Source of the DNA: Candidatus Enterousia sp.
Lineage (GTDB): Bacteria; Pseudomonadota; Alphaproteobacteria; Rs-D84
Assembly (NCBI GenBank): GCA_045645065.1
Contig: JAZRIB010000012.1
Span: 5,282-69,281 of the forward strand
Direction of reading: 5' to 3'
DNA: 64,000 nucleotides
Below are positions 55,211 to 63,633 of the stretch, piece by piece. Made by a program: the position numbers and the translations under genes. The notes beneath the pieces are model-generated. The model did not search any database and had not been told where the DNA came from. It was given only the letters and a program-made list of their open reading frames with translations. How positions within the stretch are numbered: the stretch's first letter is position 1; each line of letters begins with the position of its first letter.

Positions 55211-56218
55211 TTATTCCATAACAATCATAATAATTTTATGCATTGTTTGTGCGCTAATTTTTTCTTCTGGGCTGACCATTTGTCCGTATATTTTCCCTTT
55301 AGAATCTTGGCGTACAGTTGCGATTTGTGCGCTAAGATTTGTTTCAGAATCCAACGCATTGAAATCAGTATCAATAAATACCGCCAAATCCCCCACCGCC
55401 ACAGGTGCGTCAATGTCTGCAAACAGGTATGATTTTTCAGGGATAAAACCACCCAAACGTTTAGAATTCGGTATCACTGCGTATATGCCACTGCGTCCTT
55501 CCAGTGAACTTGGCGCAACAATCATTGTTTTGTCAGATTTTTTGAATGTGATTGATTTGCCAGATGGTGTTCCAAACACAGGCACTAATTTTTTACGCGC
55601 GCTATCATACAGTTTTGCACCGTATAACCCACCACTCATATCAATACTTGATAACGGGTTTCCGGGTTCCAGAACAGATTTCACACGTTCTTTGACTTTG
55701 TTAATATGTTTGTTCAAATCACCGCTTTTATACAGCATTGCGATTTTATCAAACATACTTTCCACCGTCATTGCGAACGATTTTGCCAACGGTTCGATTT
55801 CATTTTCATATATTTCGCGTTGTCCAACTTCGATTTTATGATACACAGACAACGTCATACCTGCATCTTTGGCGGCGCGTGCAATTGTTTTTCCAGTTTG
55901 TTGACGAATACGGCGCAAACCACTGCCGAAAATTTTCAGACCACCATCTTCGTTATCGTTCAGACGGCGTTTAATTTCTGTTTGCCATTGTTCAGCTACT
56001 TCATCAGATTCTTTGATGAAAATATCAGATAATTTACAACCCAAAATATTACAGATATTTAACAACTGTTTCTGGTTCAGACGACGAACGCCCTTTTCAA
56101 TTTTGGAAACAGCTGACAAAGACAACCCAGCACGACGTGCCAATTCTGTCATTTTCATGCCGTTTTTCAATCGAATATTTCTGATATTATTTGGAAAAAT
56201 AATTTCTTCTTGGGCCAT
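55211..56218 (-). CDS. XRE-family regulator with two HTH domains and a CI/LexA (S24)-like C-terminal domain (tentative)
   Basis: Start moved to MAQEEIIF. IRNIRLKNGMKMTELARRAGLSLSAVSKIEKG and LRRIRQQTGKTIARAAKDAGMTLSVYHKIEVG. C-terminal beta-rich region VPVFG..VGDLAVFID. Confidence 0.65.
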   Translation of the reverse strand: MAQEEIIFPNNIRNIRLKNGMKMTELARRAGLSLSAVSKIEKGVRRLNQKQLLNICNILGCKLSDIFIKESDEVAEQWQTEIKRRLNDNEDGGLKIFGSGLRRIRQQTGKTIARAAKDAGMTLSVYHKIEVGQREIYENEIEPLAKSFAMTVESMFDKIAMLYKSGDLNKHINKVKERVKSVLEPGNPLSSIDMSGGLYGAKLYDSARKKLVPVFGTPSGKSITFKKSDKTMIVAPSSLEGRSGIYAVIPNSKRLGGFIPEKSYLFADIDAPVAVGDLAVFIDTDFNALDSETNLSAQIATVRQDSKGKIYGQMVSPEEKISAQTMHKIIMIVME

Positions 56219-56290
56219 TGTGCAACTCCTTAAAAACAATCTTGACAAAATAATAGTCAATTTTTAAGACTTGCGCAAGTAAATAATCAC

Positions 56291-57847
56291 TTACAATGGC
56301 ATATCGTCTGGAATTGCATCAATATCAATTGGTGTTGGTGAAAATTCAGAACCATCCAGCGGAACACTGGTTGCAGGTTGTGGTGCGATATTTTCGCCAC
56401 GTGTATCAAATTCATCTGGCAAATTATCGAACAAACTATAATCACCAAAGAACGCCGTGCGTACTGTTTCTGGGCGACCGTGACGGTTTTTCCCGATGAT
56501 AATATCAGCCTTGCCACGTGATTGTTCGTATCGTTTTTGCCATGATTCAACCATCGAAGAATTTGTCGTGTTTGAAATACGTTCTGACGGGTTACGGTTC
56601 GCCAGATAGTATTCTTCACGGTACGTGAACATAACGATGTCAGCGTCTTGTTCAATAGACCCTGATTCACGCAAGTCTGCCAACTGTGGGCGTTTGTCAT
56701 CACGTTGTTCAACGCTACGTGACAACTGGGACAGTGCGATAACAGGTACGTCTAATTCTTTGGCTAACATTTTTAGCCCTCGTGTGATTTCAGAAATTTC
56801 CTGAACACGATTGTCGTTACGTTTTCCCCCCGGCGACGTCATCAGCTGCAGATAGTCCACCACAATCAATGACACGCCACCATATTTACGTGCCAAACGA
56901 CGTGCGCGTGTACGCATCATTGGAACCGACATACCTGGTGTATCGTCGATACACAATGGAATTTTGCTGATTGCATCGGCATATTGTTGCATTTTCAACA
57001 TGTCTTCATCCGTCAGGCTACCTTCACGCATCGCCGATGCTGGAACTTTGGACTGGGATGACAGAACACGTGCTGCCAATTGTGAATGTGACATTTCAAG
57101 GCTGAAAAATATAACCGCACCTTTGTAATTTTTATTTGCCATACCATAATGGATTGCGTTGGCGGCATTAAATGCGATATTCATAGCCAGTGTTGTTTTA
57201 CCCATTGCTGGACGACCTGCAACGATGATTAAATCAGAATGATGTAAACCACTTATTGATTTATCCAGTGCGGTCAGTCCTGTTGTCAAACCAGACAACT
57301 GTCCATCGGCCTTGTATGCTGTTTCTGCTTCCTGTAAGGCTGCCTTTAATGCGGTTTCAATTGAAACGGCATCGCGTTCAGACGAACCAGTGGTCGCCAT
57401 ATCAAATAATTTTTGTTCTGCAACTTCTATCTGGCGGTTAACAGGATTATCCAGGTCTTCGACAAATGCGTTATCCATAATATCCTGGGCCAGGTTAATT
57501 AATTGTCGTCTTTGTGCGTTTTCATATACGATACGCCCGTATTGTTCAACATTAACGACGGTTGCGCCCGCCCCAGACAACTGGGTTAAATAATCCACCC
57601 CACCAACGGATTCTAATACCCCCTGTTGTTCAAGGTATGTTTTTGCTGTAATGATGTCAAATGGGATGCCTGCGGCAAATTGACGTTCCGCCAGTTTATA
57701 AATCTCTTGGTGGGCGGGGTGCGAAAAATGTTCCGCGGTCAAGAATTCAGACACACGTTCCAATGCGCGATTGTTCATTAATACAGCGGCCAGTACTGCC
57801 TGTTCTGCTTCCAGATTGGTTGGCAAAGTCTTAGGGGTAAAATCCAT
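56291..57847 (-). CDS. dnaB: Replicative DNA helicase DnaB (cellular, alphaproteobacterial type)
   Basis: Start moved to MDFTPKTLPTNLEAEQAVLAA (the longer ORF overlaps terL-C). GRPAMGKTT Walker A, LIVVDYLQLM, ALSQLSR, ADLRESGSIEQDAD. Insertion between Y..EYY and GKNRHG is typical of alpha-type DnaB. Confidence 0.9.
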   Translation of the reverse strand: MDFTPKTLPTNLEAEQAVLAAVLMNNRALERVSEFLTAEHFSHPAHQEIYKLAERQFAAGIPFDIITAKTYLEQQGVLESVGGVDYLTQLSGAGATVVNVEQYGRIVYENAQRRQLINLAQDIMDNAFVEDLDNPVNRQIEVAEQKLFDMATTGSSERDAVSIETALKAALQEAETAYKADGQLSGLTTGLTALDKSISGLHHSDLIIVAGRPAMGKTTLAMNIAFNAANAIHYGMANKNYKGAVIFFSLEMSHSQLAARVLSSQSKVPASAMREGSLTDEDMLKMQQYADAISKIPLCIDDTPGMSVPMMRTRARRLARKYGGVSLIVVDYLQLMTSPGGKRNDNRVQEISEITRGLKMLAKELDVPVIALSQLSRSVEQRDDKRPQLADLRESGSIEQDADIVMFTYREEYYLANRNPSERISNTTNSSMVESWQKRYEQSRGKADIIIGKNRHGRPETVRTAFFGDYSLFDNLPDEFDTRGENIAPQPATSVPLDGSEFSPTPIDIDAIPDDMPL

Positions 57848-57872
57848 GTCAAAATCCTTTTCCTTAACGCCA

Positions 57873-58712
57873 ATGGTATATGAAAAAAATGCTTTTTCAA
57901 TGCCTTTTTTATCGGGATATAAATTGCTGAAAATTCCGATTGTTAGCGCCGATGGCACACCCGCATGGCCTGAACTTTTTCCGATTGCCAAGATTAATCA
58001 GATGCGTCAAATTGTGGGCCCCAGACATTTTTCAGCACAAATGATGCTGGAATTTGTGCCGACTGAACGTATACGACTGGACCCGGGGCAAATACACTTT
58101 TACGAAGATGTACTGGATATCCATAACGTGCGCCTGGGGACGCATTTGATAACGGGCGCGTCTGTATATTGGGATCCGTCCAGTGGTCGTCGCAAATCAG
58201 ACCACAGCGTATGTGTTTTGATATATCGCGATGATAAAAATCACAATGTCTTTATCCACGATGTAATGTATATGACGGTTGCGGATAATGAAACGCATCC
58301 ATTGAATACCCAATGTGAAATGGTTATCGAATTTATGCACCGATACGGTATGCGCCGAATAGCCATTGAAACAAACGGATTGGGGAATGCGTTGCCAGAA
58401 ATTATGTGTGATACCGCGGCGCGTTGTGGTCAAAACATCTATGTAAATAAAATTACAAATAATAAAAACAAGTCCGACCGAATTTTAGATGCGATTGAAC
58501 CATTATTGACATCGGGGCATCTGTATGCGCATACGCGTGTGCAATACACGCCATTACTGTCTGAAATGTTAGGCTGGTCGCCGGTGGGCGGGGTGGGGCA
58601 CGATGACGGTCTGGATGCGGTGGCGGGCGCAATAAGCACAACACCAATTGTAATTCATCGTGCGGGTGCGGGCGTTCGCCCAATATACGCAAATACGAAT
58701 TTCAAGATTTAA
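57873..58712 (+). pseudogene. Terminase large subunit, C-terminal half (linker + RNase H-like nuclease)
   Basis: ..YEKNAFSMPFLSGYKLLKIPIV..WPELFP..FSAQMMLEFVP..VYWDPSSGRRKSDHSV..IETNGLG..HDDGLDA parallels T7 gp19 from [18 protein letters not shown] onward (recalled). No RBS before any internal ATG. Confidence 0.8.
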
Positions 58713-58743
58713 CACAATCAAACAACAACCAAAAGGATAAAAA

Positions 58744-59973
58744 ATGCAATCAAACCTGCAACAATTATATAAACGTGCGCTGGATATGCGTGAACCGTGG
58801 TTGCGCCGCTGGTCGGATGCGCGTAAATATACAATGCCTGAAACAGACGAAGATATGGCAAACCTGTTTGACGCAACAGCATCCGATGCGGCCGATAATC
58901 TGGCGGCGTCACTGTACACGTTATTAACGCCCCCAGAATCATTGTGGCTGACCCTGGTGCCGGAAAGTGATTTATCACCCGATGCAAATTCTGCAACAAA
59001 TGCATTGCGTGCAAATTTGAATGATTCTAATTTTTATACAACCGTACACCAGTGTTATTTAGATTTGGTAACATTGGGGACGGCGTGCCTGTTTATGTCT
59101 GAAAATCCGATTGGCGCAGCGTCTGCTTTTTCATTCACATCGATTCCGATGTCAGATATTGCAATTTTACCAAACGCGGTATTCCATACAACATCAATGC
59201 CATTGTCCGACGCGGTTAAAAAGTATCCAACATGGTGCATGCCAAAAAATCTGCGTGACGCATTGGCGGAAAACCCAGATATGCCAATAAAATTGGTACA
59301 AAGTCTGGTTGGTACGGAATTTACAGCATGGTTGGATGCTGGTGGCGACATAGAAAACAATATTGTCGCAACAGGTACATTTGAAACGAATCCATATTTG
59401 ATATTCCGTTGGTCGGTATTGTCTGGCGAAATCTATGGGCGGGGGCCGATTTTGCGTGCATTGCCAGATATTAAAACTGCAAACAAAGTGGTTGAATTAG
59501 TTCTGAAAAACGCGACTATTTCAGTATCTGGTATCTGGATGGCGGACGATGACGGTGTAATTAATTTGAATAACATCAACCTAACCCCGGGCGCGATTAT
59601 TCCTAAGGCGGTTGGTTCATCGGGTCTGACCCCATTGACCAGTGGTGCAAACTTTGACGTATCCCAGATTATATTAAAAGATTTGCGCGAACGTATTCGT
59701 CACGCATTACTGGCAGACAGACTGGGGTTATTATCCGAAAAAGAAATGACCGCCACCGAAATTATGGCGCGTAACAGTGATATGATGCGAATTTTGGGTG
59801 CGACATACGGACGTTTACTGCACGAATTTATACGTCCATTGTGTGAACGTGGTCTGCAAATCTTGGGGCGTCGCGGTGTGATTGAACCGATTACATTGAA
59901 CGGGGATGCAGAATTAAAATATATCGCGCCAATTGCCCAAATGGTTGCAATGGAAAGTGTTATGGGGGTATAA
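58744..59973 (+). CDS. Portal / head-to-tail connector protein (T7 gp8-like)
   Basis: LYKRALDMREPWLRRWSDARKYTMP..ADNLAASLYTLLTPPESLWLTL and C-terminal MTATEIMARNSDMMRILGATYGRLLHEFIRPL parallel T7 gp8 blocks (recalled). Confidence 0.8.
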   Translation: MQSNLQQLYKRALDMREPWLRRWSDARKYTMPETDEDMANLFDATASDAADNLAASLYTLLTPPESLWLTLVPESDLSPDANSATNALRANLNDSNFYTTVHQCYLDLVTLGTACLFMSENPIGAASAFSFTSIPMSDIAILPNAVFHTTSMPLSDAVKKYPTWCMPKNLRDALAENPDMPIKLVQSLVGTEFTAWLDAGGDIENNIVATGTFETNPYLIFRWSVLSGEIYGRGPILRALPDIKTANKVVELVLKNATISVSGIWMADDDGVINLNNINLTPGAIIPKAVGSSGLTPLTSGANFDVSQIILKDLRERIRHALLADRLGLLSEKEMTATEIMARNSDMMRILGATYGRLLHEFIRPLCERGLQILGRRGVIEPITLNGDAELKYIAPIAQMVAMESVMGV

Positions 59974-59976
59974 AAA

Positions 59977-60171
59977 ATGGCGGATAATATCGAGCGCGAT
60001 TTTGCACGTACGTTTTGCACCCCATCTGGTGCGCGGGTGCTGGCGCATTTGCGTAAAATAACGATTGAACGTGTGCTGGGGGCTAATGCAACAGATGCGG
60101 TATTACGCGGGTTGGAAGCCCAGCGGTCGTTAATCCATCAAATTGAAAATTTAACAAAGCGGGGGAAATAG
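59977..60171 (+). CDS. Small phage protein, Bbp19-like (tentative)
   Basis: FARTFCTPSGARVLAHLRKIT..LEAQRSLIHQIENL resembles the Bbp19-like phage domain from memory. Confidence 0.35.
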   Translation: MADNIERDFARTFCTPSGARVLAHLRKITIERVLGANATDAVLRGLEAQRSLIHQIENLTKRGK

Positions 60172-60173
60172 CC

Positions 60174-60431
60174 ATGACAACGCAACCCAGTGCCGCGGGG
60201 CTTCTGGATTTTTTACGCGACAGTTGGTTTTTAATCGCCTTTATTGCGGGTGTAATCTACTGGGTTGCGCGCCAAGATTCATCTCTGGCGGAAATCCAGC
60301 GTGCTGATGCGCGCATAACATCACTTGAAAATCGTACAACGGTCTTGGAAACGGGAATAGGGCAGATTCAAATAAAAATAGACGATATCAAAGAAGACCT
60401 GAACCTTATCAAAAGCGCCGTTATAAAGTGA
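60174..60431 (+). CDS. Membrane-anchored coiled-coil protein
   Basis: One TM segment (WFLIAFIAGVIYWV) followed by a heptad-rich tail. Confidence 0.4.
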   Translation: MTTQPSAAGLLDFLRDSWFLIAFIAGVIYWVARQDSSLAEIQRADARITSLENRTTVLETGIGQIQIKIDDIKEDLNLIKSAVIK

Positions 60432-60436
60432 AAAAA

Positions 60437-60460
60437 TCCCCTGCTTGTACCAGTAGGGGA
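60437..60460. terminator. Hairpin between convergent genes (T-run only in the minus sense)
   Basis: TCCCCTGCT-tgtacc-AGTAGGGGA preceded by A6. Confidence 0.5.
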
Positions 60461-60461
60461 A

Positions 60462-60719
60462 TCACTGCGTTGTGCTTTTATTAGTCGCGCAGGGGGCTAA
60501 ATTTTGAATCATATTATCCTGTGCTAATTCTAATTTTTGCTTGCATTCATGATATTGTGCTTCGCGTTCATAGATATGTTTCAAACGATTATAAATTTGT
60601 TCTAAATGCGAATACGCTATAAAAATTTCTGTAATCAAATCAGAATAATTTGGACGGCAAATTTCCGCTGTTTTCAAATCGTCTTCCAGTTCTGCCAGAA
60701 TTTCTTTTGTGATTTTCAT
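60462..60719 (-). CDS. Hypothetical coiled-coil protein
   Basis: 85-aa ORF with a GGGGG RBS, preceded by an attenuator-like leader. Confidence 0.45.
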   Translation of the reverse strand: MKITKEILAELEDDLKTAEICRPNYSDLITEIFIAYSHLEQIYNRLKHIYEREAQYHECKQKLELAQDNMIQNLAPCATNKSTTQ

Positions 60720-60740
60720 ATGTTGCCCCCATTTGTGTAC

Positions 60741-60946
60741 AAAAAAACCGCATCTGAAAAACGAAAGCGGTTGGAGGTTAACAACTATTCAAGAATGATA
60801 GCGCTGTTTATTGATTATTCACAGCCCTCCAACCCCTGGTTGGAGATAGTTTCGTCATCTCAGACGTTCTTGAACGGGTTGTTAAGCCCCATACTGACCA
60901 AACATCAGCACCACAAAATTATAAAGCATAAAATTCAATATTGCAA
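60741..60946 (-). promoter_or_regulatory. Promoter plus ~170-nt attenuator-like leader (or sRNA) upstream of 60462..60719
   Basis: Minus strand: TTGCAA (60946-41), 17-nt spacer, TATAAT (60923-18). Terminator AACCGC..GCGGTT plus T7 (60772-60741). CUCCAACC / GGUUGGAGG / CCUCCAACC triad. Confidence 0.5.
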
Positions 60947-60956
60947 ACACTAATCA

Positions 60957-60988
60957 TCAAAAAATCCCGCACAGGGCGGGACTTTTTT
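60957..60988. terminator. Bidirectional terminator downstream of rpsD
   Basis: TCCCGC-acagg-GCGGGA flanked by A6 and T6. Confidence 0.7.
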
Positions 60989-61004
60989 GCTTTTCCTTTC
61001 TCTA

Positions 61005-61637
61005 TTAACGAGAATAGAATTCGACAACCAATTCTGGGAACATCTGAACTGGATATGGAACATCTTCGAACGCAGGTACGCGTACGAATGTTGCTGTAAA
61101 GTTCGCGCTGTCCACAGAAACATAATCTGCAAAATTGCGTTCCCCAGATTCCAGGGCCAAAACAACCAATGGCATCTGTTTTGCTTTTTCGCTGACTGTG
61201 ATAACATCACCTGGTTTTACACGGTATGATGCAACTTTTACACGTTGACCATTTACATAGATGTGACCGTGGCTGATTAACTGACGTGAGCTAAATACAG
61301 TTGGTGCCAATTTTGCACGATATACAACTGCATCCAAACGACGTTCCAACAAACCGATTAAGTTTTCTGGTGTGTCGCCCTTCATGTTGGCTGCTTCCAG
61401 ATAGTATGCACGGAACTTCTTTTCACCAACGTTACCATAGTAACCCTTCAAAGTCTGTTTTGCGCGCATCTGTTTTGCGTAATCAGATGAATTGCCACCG
61501 CGTGATGTTGGACCATGCTGACCCGGTTTGTATTTACGTTTGTTAAATGGGGATTTTGCCTGGCCCCACAGATTAACGCCCAATGAACGTCCAATCTTTA
61601 ATTTACGAGTGTTGCGCTTTGCGCCTGCTCTTGCCAT
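61005..61637 (-). CDS. rpsD: 30S ribosomal protein S4
   Basis: KPGQHG, LERRLDAVVYR, SRQLISHGHIYVNGQRV (S4 domain). 210 aa. Confidence 0.93.
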   Translation of the reverse strand: MARAGAKRNTRKLKIGRSLGVNLWGQAKSPFNKRKYKPGQHGPTSRGGNSSDYAKQMRAKQTLKGYYGNVGEKKFRAYYLEAANMKGDTPENLIGLLERRLDAVVYRAKLAPTVFSSRQLISHGHIYVNGQRVKVASYRVKPGDVITVSEKAKQMPLVVLALESGERNFADYVSVDSANFTATFVRVPAFEDVPYPVQMFPELVVEFYSR

Positions 61638-61754
61638 AATTTATATCCTTTTTTGGTTTTGTTAATGTGCCAGATATTTCACAGAATCCTTATCACAGAT
61701 GGGACCAAAAATGCACCATTGTTTAATCAGTTCTGATTACCCAGCGCCGTTACT

Positions 61755-62615
61755 TTATAAACTTTTTCTACGAAAATCAAGTATTTTCTGCAGTGTTAGA
61801 AAGTTTTTTATGCCATTTTTACGTGCCATTGTGTATGCACGACCAAAATCAGTACCAATGCGCCCAATGTCGTGCGCATCATCTGTTAATATCACAGGAA
61901 CATTATATTCGGCCAATAACTGTAAAATTTTTAGGCCTGGATATGGTTCATCTGTACCAATTTTGAATCCACTGGTGTTGATTTCAACAAGGGTTCGTGT
62001 TTCTGCAATTACCGCAACCGTTTCACGTTTTATCGCATCCCATTTTTCATCTATTCCCAAATTTAGTTTCTTGGGCAAATCCAGATGTGCCATCCAATTA
62101 AAAATTCCACTTTTTGCAGATTCTTGGGCGTTTTTCCAGTATGTTTTCAGCATTTCATCGCGTGCATTTGGATTCGCCGCTGATATATCATGCATGTTGC
62201 ATACTGTTCCGTTATATTCAACAAAATGAGCCGACCCAATCAAATAATCCGGTTTCAATATTTCGCATGCGTGTGCAAATCCATCTGACCATTGTGTGGT
62301 TGGGAAACGGTCTACTTCCATCCCGCGCAGAATACGAATGTCTGGGTTTTTGTCTTGCAGGCGTGCCAATTCATCATAATGTGGCTGAAACTTGGCCAGT
62401 GCCTCATCGAAACTGGCGTTATACATTGTTGCATATCCACGTAAAGCCGCCGCCGCATACATTTTTGTGTTTTTTATATCTGGGTGTACAATAAAGTGAT
62501 TTGATATTCCAATCGCCTTGAATCCTGCGGCGCGTGCGGTCGCAATCATTTGTTCTGGGGTATTGATGCCGTCAAATCCAATTGTATGTGTATGTAACGT
62601 GAAATCTTGTGTCAT
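61755..62615 (-). CDS. PHP-domain phosphoesterase (HisJ-type histidinol-phosphatase family)
   Basis: LHTHTIGFDG..GISNHF..GSAHF..AHLD..DDAHD metal-ligand pattern. Confidence 0.7.
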   Translation of the reverse strand: MTQDFTLHTHTIGFDGINTPEQMIATARAAGFKAIGISNHFIVHPDIKNTKMYAAAALRGYATMYNASFDEALAKFQPHYDELARLQDKNPDIRILRGMEVDRFPTTQWSDGFAHACEILKPDYLIGSAHFVEYNGTVCNMHDISAANPNARDEMLKTYWKNAQESAKSGIFNWMAHLDLPKKLNLGIDEKWDAIKRETVAVIAETRTLVEINTSGFKIGTDEPYPGLKILQLLAEYNVPVILTDDAHDIGRIGTDFGRAYTMARKNGIKNFLTLQKILDFRRKSL

Positions 62616-63499
62616 TATATAATTCTTTTCTTAATTGCACCGAACAGTGCAAATCCGACCAATAAAACCATTATCGCGATAAATATAGACACTGCTGCGC
62701 CTGGATGTTCTGCGAACGGCAATTGCATATTCATGCCATAGTATCCGACAATCACCGTCGGAATCACCAAAACAATATTCCACATCGTCAAGCGGTTAAT
62801 GTTGGTATTAGAATCCATATTGATAACACTTTCAAAAGTTTCTTTAATCGCTTTCAGCATTTTCCCATACGAAGTTACAACTTCGGTTGCCTGGGCTAAT
62901 TCGATGCGTGCATCCTCGGCCAGTTCTTTGGCCTCGTCCGTTTTGACAAAACCACGAACTTTTTCCAATTTGTCCAGCACCGCGACATTTCCCTTAATCC
63001 CCGCCATATAAAGGGTATAGCTGTTTTCAACCTCTAATAAATCCATTAATTCTTTTTTGCGGATGCGTTCCAACAACACGCGTTTTGACGCCAGAACACG
63101 CTTGTTTAATTCCTTTAACATACGCAGATATGATTCCGCGATATAGTACATAATGTTCAAGATAAATTCTTCGCGTGATGTTTTTTCAGACCGCTTGATT
63201 TTATCTAACAAATCACAACGCTTGCGACAGACGGTTATAACGCGGTTAGACGTGTAAATAATAGACAATGGCTCTGTATGCCACAGGGTGTCGTTTTCAC
63301 GGTTAATAATTGGGAAACGAACGATTATAACCTTGTAATCATCTTCGACTTCGAAACGTGGCTGTTCATCTGGGTCCAGAATGTCGGAAATAGTATCTTC
63401 GTCAATTTTGTATTCGTTTTGCAGTCTTTCAAAATCTTTATGATCGGGATTGCCAACATTTACCCACGAAAAATTTTCCAGTTTTTCTGTCACAAACAT
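62615..63499 (-). CDS. corA: CorA-family magnesium/cobalt transporter
   Basis: YYGMNMQLPF (GMN motif) followed by two C-terminal TM helices. Confidence 0.85.
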   Translation of the reverse strand: MFVTEKLENFSWVNVGNPDHKDFERLQNEYKIDEDTISDILDPDEQPRFEVEDDYKVIIVRFPIINRENDTLWHTEPLSIIYTSNRVITVCRKRCDLLDKIKRSEKTSREEFILNIMYYIAESYLRMLKELNKRVLASKRVLLERIRKKELMDLLEVENSYTLYMAGIKGNVAVLDKLEKVRGFVKTDEAKELAEDARIELAQATEVVTSYGKMLKAIKETFESVINMDSNTNINRLTMWNIVLVIPTVIVGYYGMNMQLPFAEHPGAAVSIFIAIMVLLVGFALFGAIKKRII

Positions 63500-63633
63500 C
63501 CGCGCCCCCTTTGATTATGATATCCGTCATATTTTACCCGAATTTTTCAGAAATGCAAGATTTTCCCACGGAATAAAAACCCGTATTTTATCTGAATGTA
63601 ATGTGTTATTGTTGTAAATATCGGGGGACAGAA

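Larger units (their letters stand above)
54500..57881 (-). other. 3,382-bp insertion splitting terL; carries orf218, a double-HTH regulator and dnaB on the opposite strand
   Basis: Bounded by TATAT at 54495-99 and 57877-81. Its removal joins ATA TAT|GAA AAA in frame. Confidence 0.65.
47361..60460 (+). mobile_element. T7-like (podovirus-type) structural/lysis gene cluster without replication, RNAP or integrase genes; prophage remnant or domesticated particle locus
   Basis: Hydrolase, holin-like, gp9-like scaffold, gp10-like capsid, gp11/gp12-like tubular proteins, gp17 N-domain, gp19-like TerL (split), gp8-like portal. Flanked by birA and rpsD. Confidence 0.7.

Noticed and set aside
55146-55841. 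ORF 55146..55841 (+, 231 aa) and other ORFs overlapping the XRE regulator and orf218
   Set aside because: They lie opposite a two-HTH regulator with clear motifs and have no RBS or motif of their own.
56291-57991. Intein or extra domain in DnaB (566-aa ORF), or an intein or group I intron as the cause of the terL split
   Set aside because: The extra 48 N-terminal residues are a spurious upstream extension overlapping terL-C. The remaining 518 aa align block by block with ordinary DnaB. The terL interruption contains three complete opposite-strand genes, which is not intein or intron organisation.
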